DNA of 64,000 nucleotides from Enterobacteria phage XTG1: sequence record KT184316.1; one strand, 5' to 3'. Shown piece by piece: positions 58,217 to 64,000 of this stretch (position 1 is its first letter; each line of letters starts with the position of its first letter). The notes under the pieces were generated by a model. It saw only the letters and a program-made list of their open reading frames with translations, ran no database searches and was not told where the DNA came from. The position numbers and the translations under genes were made by a program.

Positions 58217-58681
58217 TTACTTTGGATATACACTGTCAAGATAAATGTTAGCTTCCATTCTACGTCTGTTTTTCAGTCCGTTTGAAGTAACCTTCTCACC
58301 TTTGACTGTAATCTTGTTCCACCACTGCATAGCTTCTGCACAACCTACCTTATTACCAGCATTGTGGCGCTTGATAAATGTAGAGTCCTGCATAGCTGTG
58401 ATACCGATGTTGTATGTTTCACTTACAAGTGCGTCGAACTCATTCTGAGAAGTGGGAACCTTGATAGCTTTGTTCACTGCTGCAACAAACTTTTCAACAT
58501 CTGTGAGAAGATACTGTTCAGCTTGTGCAGCCGTGATTTTCATACCCATCTTAACAGGTTTTCCGTCAATACGGATTGTACCATACCCGATTGTTGGGAT
58601 TCCGGCAGAATCTTTGTAAGCCTCTAACTTCAGACCTTCAAAGAACTTAATGGCTTCTAAGCCTTTTCTTGAGAGTTGCAT
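58217..58681 (-). CDS. Endolysin, T4-type lysozyme
   Basis: FEGLKLEAYKDSAGIPTIGYG contains the Glu/Asp/Thr catalytic arrangement of T4 lysozyme-like proteins. Confidence 0.85.
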   Translation of the reverse strand: MQLSRKGLEAIKFFEGLKLEAYKDSAGIPTIGYGTIRIDGKPVKMGMKITAAQAEQYLLTDVEKFVAAVNKAIKVPTSQNEFDALVSETYNIGITAMQDSTFIKRHNAGNKVGCAEAMQWWNKITVKGEKVTSNGLKNRRRMEANIYLDSVYPK

Positions 58682-59814
58682 TATACCTCCCCTGCTGGGT
58701 TAACTGTGACTGTTGCTGCATTAGATGTTACAGAACCACCTGCACCAGTAACTACACAGGTGTAGCTTCCTGAATCAGTAGCGGTTGCACCTTCTTTGGT
58801 GTAAGTTGCAGTAGTTGCATCGAGGATGTCTTCCTCACCTTTCTTCCACTGATAACCTGTCGCACCTGTTGCCACAACATTCAGTGTTAAGGTCTCACCT
58901 TCAGTGATTTCTTGATTGGTTGGTTGCTGAGTGATTACCGGAAGTGCATTCACAGTTACTACAGCAGCATTAGATTCCACTGCACCACCTGCACCTGTTA
59001 CAACGCAAGTGTATGAACCAGCATCTGCTGGCAGCGCACCAGACTTGCTATAGGTAGCCTCTGTAGCCGAAGGAATGTCAGAGCCATCTTTCTTCCACTG
59101 GTAACCCGTTGCACCCGTTGCAGTCACTTCCAAGCTGATGTTTCCACCCTCATTGATGGTCTGGCTAGAAGGTTGCTGTGTAATCACAGGCAGTGCGTTG
59201 ACAGTAACTGTTGCCGCATCTGAGGTAACACTTGTACCAGCCTCTCCAGACACAACACAAGTATAAGAACCAGCATCAGAAGGTGCTACAGACTGTTTTG
59301 TGTAAGTTGCAGAATTGGCACTAGGGATATCCTCACCATCCTTCTTCCACTGATATCCAGTGGCGTTAGTTGCTAGAATGCTTAGAGTAAGTGTGCCACC
59401 CTCATTGACTGTTTGACCTGTTGGTTGCTGAGTAATTGCTGGTGGCTTAATAGCATCCTTCAACTTAGCATTCAACATTGAGAACGGCTTAACTCTTGCC
59501 AACCATTCGCAGTAAATTGTGTCAACATCTTTACCATTGATGATTGCATACTGCAAATCCATGAAGAAATCAGCAGTTCTCATCTGTGCACCAACACTGT
59601 AAAGGAGTTCATCACTAAAAGGAACTTTGTAGTCTGGTTTGTAATCAAACTTCTCAACTTCTGCAATATCAGCTTCAGGCCAATATGAACTATAGGTAAG
59701 TGGTAAAATAGCCTCTTGATATGTTCTAAAATCATATCTCTTACCAGCCTTTACATTTGCAACGAAACCTTTTACAAATTCTTTGAAGTCTGGGTAAGTC
59801 TTTGCTTTAATCAT
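58681..59814 (-). CDS. Protein with three tandem Ig-like domains
   Basis: Three ~90-aa repeats each with ATGYQWKK(D/G)…SYTCVV; N-terminal ~125 aa paralogous to the next ORF; 1-nt overlap with the lysozyme start. Confidence 0.65.
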   Translation of the reverse strand: MIKAKTYPDFKEFVKGFVANVKAGKRYDFRTYQEAILPLTYSSYWPEADIAEVEKFDYKPDYKVPFSDELLYSVGAQMRTADFFMDLQYAIINGKDVDTIYCEWLARVKPFSMLNAKLKDAIKPPAITQQPTGQTVNEGGTLTLSILATNATGYQWKKDGEDIPSANSATYTKQSVAPSDAGSYTCVVSGEAGTSVTSDAATVTVNALPVITQQPSSQTINEGGNISLEVTATGATGYQWKKDGSDIPSATEATYSKSGALPADAGSYTCVVTGAGGAVESNAAVVTVNALPVITQQPTNQEITEGETLTLNVVATGATGYQWKKGEEDILDATTATYTKEGATATDSGSYTCVVTGAGGSVTSNAATVTVNPAGEV

Positions 59815-60182
59815 TTCTTTTTAGCCTCTAAACGTGCGTTTAATCTAAAATAGCCTTTATGTTGTGGAGACACATCACTAACAACAATACCTTCAACTTT
59901 ATAGCCCTTACCAATTACATACTGGATATCCATAAGAAACGTACCAAGCCCAACAATGTGGAACATTGGGTATAGTAACTTATCTGAATCTGGGAGTTTA
60001 ATTTCTGGTTTATAGGTAGGTTGTTCGGCAGTTGGTGTAATATCTTCTTCAGGCCATTTGCTAAGTCTCCATGTTAAAGGTGATGCAATAACATCGTTAA
60101 GATTATATCTCTCACCTTTCTCCACGGAATTAATATAGGATTGTAGGAAGCAATAAAAGTCTTTTGCACTCTTAGCCTTCAT
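59811..60182 (-). CDS. Paralogue of the N-terminal domain of the Ig-like protein
   Basis: 123 aa; shared motifs (YxxxxxxYKP(D/E)xK(L/V)P(D/F)SD(E/K)LLY, F(F/L)MD(L/I)QY(A/V)I). Confidence 0.5.
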   Translation of the reverse strand: MKAKSAKDFYCFLQSYINSVEKGERYNLNDVIASPLTWRLSKWPEEDITPTAEQPTYKPEIKLPDSDKLLYPMFHIVGLGTFLMDIQYVIGKGYKVEGIVVSDVSPQHKGYFRLNARLEAKKK

Positions 60183-60229
60183 TAAATATCCTTATAAATA
60201 GATAAAGGGGCATTAGCCCCTGTTTATAC

Positions 60230-60820
60230 TTAAGCTTTGGTCTTAAGTAGGTTCTTAAGTTTTTTGAGATTCATGCTCTCGTCAAACTTAAAACCAAATC
60301 CATTGACATAATCAATGAACTCGGATTTCTTACTGAGTGACAATGCGTAACTCATATCAAAGTTCTTACTTGTTTCTGCGTCTGGACTAGAGTTCACATC
60401 AAATGAAATTTCTGTAGGCTCTTGCTTACTTTTTCTCATATTATCAACCAACAAACATGTATAGTTTGCTGGATAGAAGTTTACACTACCATCAACGTAG
60501 CTGTACTTATTATTATGGATAAGGTTGGAAAATACCTTAAGAAATGTTTCTGAGTCGTGGCAAACAAGTTTGAATTGGCTGCTCTCTCCAAGCGCAACTA
60601 ATGAGTACGGGCTTTCACTATCAAAGTCATAATTTGGATTCGATGCCGTCACTGTTACACGCATCAAGTTATTAGCAATAGTCTTCTGTTTAAAAGAATT
60701 TTGGACATAGTGAAGACCTCTATCACACTGATTAACTAATTCTTTCAATAGGTCATTTGCATATGGTGAGTTAATTGATACAGAGCCATCACTATTGTAA
60801 TTAAAACTTACTGTTAACAT
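60230..60820 (-). CDS. Hypothetical protein
   Basis: 196-aa ORF. Confidence 0.45.
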   Translation of the reverse strand: MLTVSFNYNSDGSVSINSPYANDLLKELVNQCDRGLHYVQNSFKQKTIANNLMRVTVTASNPNYDFDSESPYSLVALGESSQFKLVCHDSETFLKVFSNLIHNNKYSYVDGSVNFYPANYTCLLVDNMRKSKQEPTEISFDVNSSPDAETSKNFDMSYALSLSKKSEFIDYVNGFGFKFDESMNLKKLKNLLKTKA

Positions 60821-61047
60821 TTTTCAGTTCTCCTGCGATTTATGATTTTGCTGCAATAGAGAAACGAAGTAAACTCACTGGAAGAAACCATTAAGTGTTG
60901 TTCACTAGATTGAGCCATTGCCCTGAAATACATTCCAGTCAAAGCATCGTAGTGACTATTCTTTCCAATTGAGGTTATATAGCCATGACTCTTTGCAGTT
61001 TTATATAAATCTATAATATCTGCGATTTCTAATTGGGAACTACACAT
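60814..61047 (-). CDS. Hypothetical protein
   Basis: 77-aa ORF. Confidence 0.35.
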   Translation of the reverse strand: MCSSQLEIADIIDLYKTAKSHGYITSIGKNSHYDALTGMYFRAMAQSSEQHLMVSSSEFTSFLYCSKIINRRRTEKC

Positions 61048-61211
61048 AGATAATCCTCTTGTCTTCTGTAATTTTGAAAGAACAGGTACAGACCAATTTC
61101 AGAGGATGAATAGTAGAGTAACTCTACCCTTTTTGATTCCTTACAGTGATTGGTATTTTTACCTTTCTTCGGGTTATTTGATTTTCTCATTAAGTCTCCT
61201 TTGTAGAACAA
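61029..61211 (-). CDS. Hypothetical small protein
   Basis: 60-aa ORF. Confidence 0.3.
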   Translation of the reverse strand: MFYKGDLMRKSNNPKKGKNTNHCKESKRVELLYYSSSEIGLYLFFQNYRRQEDYLCVVPN

Positions 61212-61289
61212 GGCAGACCTACAGCTTTAAGTAAGATGGTACAGTAATCCATACAACAAGTCAAGAACTATTGCAAGTTAAAAAAGTTG

Positions 61290-61313
61290 TTGACAAAGTA
61301 CTTGACAAGGTGT
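61290..61313. promoter_or_regulatory. Second copy of the divergent-promoter motif TTGACAAAGTACTTGACAAGGTGT
   Basis: 23 of 24 identical to 14761-14784; again between divergent blocks. Confidence 0.5.
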
Positions 61314-61439
61314 AGGCTTATAAATACTTAGAAGATAACTTAAAAGGTTCCTCTAAAAAGGCTATTTAAACAGATATCTTTCTGGATATCTATCTTTTAT
61401 CTTAAAAGCCTTTTAAGAGGTCTTATAAGAGGCATACCA

Positions 61440-61811
61440 ATGAAAAACAGAACAAACAAAGGCCAGTTTAAAAAAGGCCAATCTGGAAACCCATCTGGAA
61501 GACCAAAAGGCTCTCGCAACAAAAGCTCACTTGTAAAAGCTCAACTGACCATTGATAATTCTGCTGAGTTTGCTGCAAAGTTGTTTGAGGCGATTGTTAC
61601 AAGGGACGCTGCTAAGCTTGCAGAGTTCGGGTTAAACACAGATGATGTAACCATCAAGAGTATGATTGAGGTCGGTAAAACTATCTTTACTCACTCAGCA
61701 GGTGAGATGAAAGCACTTGCAGCAGACACTAAGAAGACTCCTGATAATGGTGGTCAACCACAGACAGATAACAAACCAACGTTCTCTGCTGTAGCGACTC
61801 TTAAAAAATAA
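61440..61811 (+). CDS. Hypothetical protein with N-terminal GNPSGRPKGS basic motif
   Basis: 123 aa; KKGQSGNPSGRPKGSRNK resembles an N-terminal motif I recall from some phage small proteins; function unknown. Confidence 0.4.
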   Translation: MKNRTNKGQFKKGQSGNPSGRPKGSRNKSSLVKAQLTIDNSAEFAAKLFEAIVTRDAAKLAEFGLNTDDVTIKSMIEVGKTIFTHSAGEMKALAADTKKTPDNGGQPQTDNKPTFSAVATLKK

Positions 61812-61823
61812 TTTTAAAAGGTG

Positions 61824-61859
61824 TTGACAGACTCTATAAAGTTGCTCTAAAGTCTGTCA
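61824..61859 (+). promoter_or_regulatory. Promoter TTGACA-18-TAAAGT embedded in a 9-bp inverted repeat
   Basis: TTGACA 61824-61829; inverted repeat tgacagact (61825-61833) / agtctgtca (61851-61859). Confidence 0.45.
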
Positions 61860-61892
61860 CATCAAACAACAAATGAGAGAAGAGAGTAAAAT

Positions 61893-63308
61893 ATGAGCGA
61901 ATTATTTAAACATGCGCACCTTCATGCAGGTCGAACTGAAAATGGTGCTGTAAACCATACTTCATCAATGTCTGCTCTTGTAGACTTTTACAAAGCTGCT
62001 GGTTCTAGCCGTAGCAATGTAGAAATCTTACCAGACTTGTTCTACAAAGCTTTGCATGAGGATGTTGATGTTGCAGTTCGTATTTTACTGCATATGCGAG
62101 ATGTACGAGAAGGTATGGGTGAGCGTAAAGCTTTCCGAACTGTTTTACTTCAAGCGATTGAAGATAAAGTTTTAGAGCCTACGCAGGTTCTTCGCATTAT
62201 GGATAAGATTGTAGAGCTTGGTCGCTTTGATGACTTCAAAATCTTTGTAGGTACTCGTTTCGAGACAGATGCCTTCAAACATTTAGAAGCAGCTTTACTA
62301 GACCCTGCAACAGCAGGTTTAGCAGCTAAGTGGTTACCACGAGTAAAACCACGTCACAAACAGTTTGTAAAACGTTTCTGCAAGTTTGCAAACTTGAGTG
62401 AGAAAGAGTATCGCACACTGTTGTCTGCACTATCTGATACAGTTGAGCAAAAAATCTCTGCTAATGAGTTTGGTAAGATTGACTACAGTAAGATTCCTTC
62501 ACTTGCTGCTGCACGTTACCAAAAACTGTTTAACCGTAAAGATGGAGAACGCTACAAAGCTTACATCGAGTCATTATCAAAGGGTGAGACTAAGATTAAT
62601 GCTGGTGCTGTTTACCCATACGATGTGATTAAATCTGTTAAGTATGGTAATGCAGATGTTGCTAATGAGCAGTGGAAAGCACTACCAAACTGGATGGCAG
62701 AAGGTGAAAACATCTTGTGTATGACTGATGTTTCAAGCTCAATGTCTTGGGTGAATTTTGGTTCAATCACTGCACTTGATATTGGTGTATCACTTGCCTT
62801 GTATGTAGCAGAACGCAATACAGGTTGCTTTAAGAACGAGTTAATGGTTTATTCAACAAACCCTCATTTCATCGAACTGAGTGGTGATTTACGAAACCGT
62901 CATCGTCAGGTGATGCGACACGTTGAATATGGCTCAACTAACTTACAAGCAGCCTTTGACCGCATTCTTGAGACAGGTAAAAGAAATAACTTGACTCAGA
63001 AAGATATGCCAAGTAAGCTTATCATCTTCTCCGATATGGAGTTCAATCAGGTTGATGGAGCTAACGGTCGTACAAACTTTGAAGCAATTCAGAGTAAGTA
63101 CAAAAAAGCTGGATATGAGATGCCACAACTGGTATTCTGGTACTTAGCAAACCGTAATGGCACTTGCGAAGTATCTGTTAAGGATAACGGTGTAGCAATG
63201 GTATCTGGTTTCTCTCCAGCCACTTTAAAAGCTCTGCTTGGTGGTGAGAAGTTTGACCCAATTAGTGTAATGCTCAAAGCAGTAATGATTGACCGTTATA
63301 TCTGGTAA
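61893..63308 (+). CDS. von Willebrand factor A (vWA) domain protein with MIDAS motif
   Basis: 471 aa; MTDVSSSMS matches the DxSxS MIDAS motif; ~280-aa N-terminal domain of unknown type. Confidence 0.5.
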   Translation: MSELFKHAHLHAGRTENGAVNHTSSMSALVDFYKAAGSSRSNVEILPDLFYKALHEDVDVAVRILLHMRDVREGMGERKAFRTVLLQAIEDKVLEPTQVLRIMDKIVELGRFDDFKIFVGTRFETDAFKHLEAALLDPATAGLAAKWLPRVKPRHKQFVKRFCKFANLSEKEYRTLLSALSDTVEQKISANEFGKIDYSKIPSLAAARYQKLFNRKDGERYKAYIESLSKGETKINAGAVYPYDVIKSVKYGNADVANEQWKALPNWMAEGENILCMTDVSSSMSWVNFGSITALDIGVSLALYVAERNTGCFKNELMVYSTNPHFIELSGDLRNRHRQVMRHVEYGSTNLQAAFDRILETGKRNNLTQKDMPSKLIIFSDMEFNQVDGANGRTNFEAIQSKYKKAGYEMPQLVFWYLANRNGTCEVSVKDNGVAMVSGFSPATLKALLGGEKFDPISVMLKAVMIDRYIW

Positions 63309-63326
63309 AAAGTTTTAAAAAGGGTA

Positions 63327-63355
63327 TTGACAATGTGTTTAATACCCTTTAATAT
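63327..63355 (+). promoter_or_regulatory. Promoter TTGACA-17-TAATAT upstream of the tRNA cluster
   Basis: TTGACA 63327-63332, TAATAT 63350-63355. Confidence 0.5.
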
Positions 63356-63417
63356 GTTCTACATAGAAACGAAATGAGAGCTTTTCTAAGATACTGAAAA
63401 ATATTTTAAAAAAGTTC

Positions 63418-63446
63418 TTGACAACCACTAAAAAATAATGTTAAAG
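63418..63446 (+). promoter_or_regulatory. Second promoter-like element upstream of the tRNA cluster
   Basis: TTGACA 63418-63423 with an AT-rich -10 candidate 17 nt downstream. Confidence 0.4.
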
Positions 63447-63473
63447 TGGTTACATAGAGTTTGAAAAGTTTAT

Positions 63474-63550
63474 CTCTGTTTAGCTCAGCTTGGTAGAGCG
63501 TTCCGTTTGGGGCGGTAAGGCCGGAGGTTCAAGTCCTCCAACAGAGACCA
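63474..63550 (+). tRNA. tRNA-Pro (anticodon UGG), CCA encoded
   Basis: Hand-folded cloverleaf: acceptor ctctgtt/aacagag, D-arm gctc-agcttggta-gagc, anticodon loop tttgggg, T-arm ggagg-ttcaagt-cctcc; one mismatch in the anticodon stem. Confidence 0.7.
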
Positions 63551-63557
63551 AATTAAT

Positions 63558-63635
63558 GTTCCAGTAGACAAAACGGTAAAGTCACCACTCTTTCAAAGTG
63601 GATATTTGAGGGTTCAAATCCCTTCTGGAACGCCA
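63558..63635 (+). tRNA. tRNA-Glu (anticodon UUC), CCA encoded
   Basis: Acceptor gttccag/ctggaac fully paired; anticodon stem ccact/agtgg, loop ctttcaa; T-arm gaggg-ttcaaat-ccctt. Confidence 0.7.
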
Positions 63636-63636
63636 G

Positions 63637-63726
63637 TTTTGACAGAAGACCAATTACAGCAAACTTAATCTTATTCATCTGAAGGTAAATCGGACAAAGA
63701 AGAGATTTGGTCTGGTCATTAAGAAT
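63637..63726 (+). repeat. Inter-tRNA spacer element A1 (conserved hairpin)
   Basis: ttttgacagaagaccaattacagcaa…atttggtctgg; stem agaccaa/ttggtct. Confidence 0.5.
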
Positions 63727-63803
63727 TGCGGGTATAGAGAAAGGGCGTCTCACATGTCTCATTAGCATGGTATCGGCAGGGTCGACTCCTGCACCCGCCT
63801 CCA
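63727..63803 (+). tRNA. Non-canonical tRNA-like element (possible tRNA-Met/Ile, CAU) or pseudo-tRNA
   Basis: D-stem gaga/tctc and anticodon arm catgt-ctcatta-gcatg fold well, but acceptor and T-arm registers conflict by one nucleotide and the T-loop reads GTCGACT. Confidence 0.35.
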
Positions 63804-63804
63804 A

Positions 63805-63883
63805 TTTTGCAGAAGACCGTTTACAGCAACAAAAATACTTTTTGCGGATAAAAGAAAAAAAACACGGTCTGGCAATGTATTAA
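63805..63883 (+). repeat. Inter-tRNA spacer element A2 (paralogue of A1)
   Basis: ttttgcagaagaccgtttacagcaa…cacggtctgg; stem agaccgt/acggtct, so two stem positions co-vary relative to A1. Confidence 0.5.
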
Positions 63884-63960
63884 GGTTAGGAAGCACATAA
63901 GGGATGTGCGGTCGCCTGTTAAGCGAATGGCACAGGGGTCGAATCCCTGACTAACCGCCA
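63884..63960 (+). tRNA. tRNA-Asn (anticodon GUU), CCA encoded
   Basis: D-arm gcac-ataagggat-gtgc; anticodon loop ctgttaa; T-arm caggg-gtcgaat-ccctg; acceptor ggttagg/actaacc with one mismatch; position 8 is A, which is unusual. Confidence 0.55.
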
Positions 63961-64000
63961 AATTAAATGTGTCGTTATCCCGTAGATGGTAGCGGGGGGG

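Noticed and set aside
63553-63804. 83-aa minus-strand ORF across the tRNA cluster
   Set aside because: Overlaps two well-folding tRNA genes and the spacer elements; spurious.
63969-64000. Fifth tRNA at the window edge
   Set aside because: Only the 5' part (acceptor and D-arm-like cccg…cggg) is in the window, so it cannot be folded or typed; mentioned in findings only.

Overview
This window reads as a segment of a large, AT-rich, virulent tailed dsDNA phage genome; no integrase, attachment site or host housekeeping gene is visible. Calls rest on motif-level reading of the supplied ORF translations and on structure seen directly in the DNA; no database search was possible. Layout: (1) 1-3540, two paralogous tail-fibre genes with His-box C-termini; (2) 3576-14700 on the minus strand, a nucleotide-metabolism and replication block (thymidylate synthase, DHFR, ATP-dependent DNA ligase, HNH endonuclease, family A DNA polymerase) interrupted by two ~260-bp direct repeats flanking a two-gene module; (3) 14958-44100 on the plus strand, an early/middle block with dNMP kinase, T7-type primase-helicase, SSB-like protein, RNase H/FEN-like exonuclease, aerobic and anaerobic ribonucleotide reductases (NrdAB, glutaredoxin-like, NrdDG), a PRPP-synthetase-like plus Nampt-like pair, rIIA/rIIB-like proteins, a lytic transglycosylase, a spanin-like overlapping pair and a macro-domain protein; (4) 44520-51400, an array of 17 small ORFs each behind one of two conserved promoter/hairpin/RBS cassettes; (5) 51460-53010, an ORF-free repeat-dense region bounded by convergent terminators; (6) 53049-61211 on the minus strand, a block with a T4-type lysozyme and Ig-like repeat proteins; (7) 61440-64000, a vWA-domain protein and a tRNA cluster. 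The gene repertoire resembles Felix-O1-like myophages, but that is from memory only. The most notable candidate system is the PRPP-synthetase-like plus Nampt-like pair (33105-35828), which matches the architecture of the recently described phage NAD+ reconstitution pathway NARP1; the small-ORF array, the phased-repeat noncoding region and the duplicated intergenic repeats are the least explained structures.
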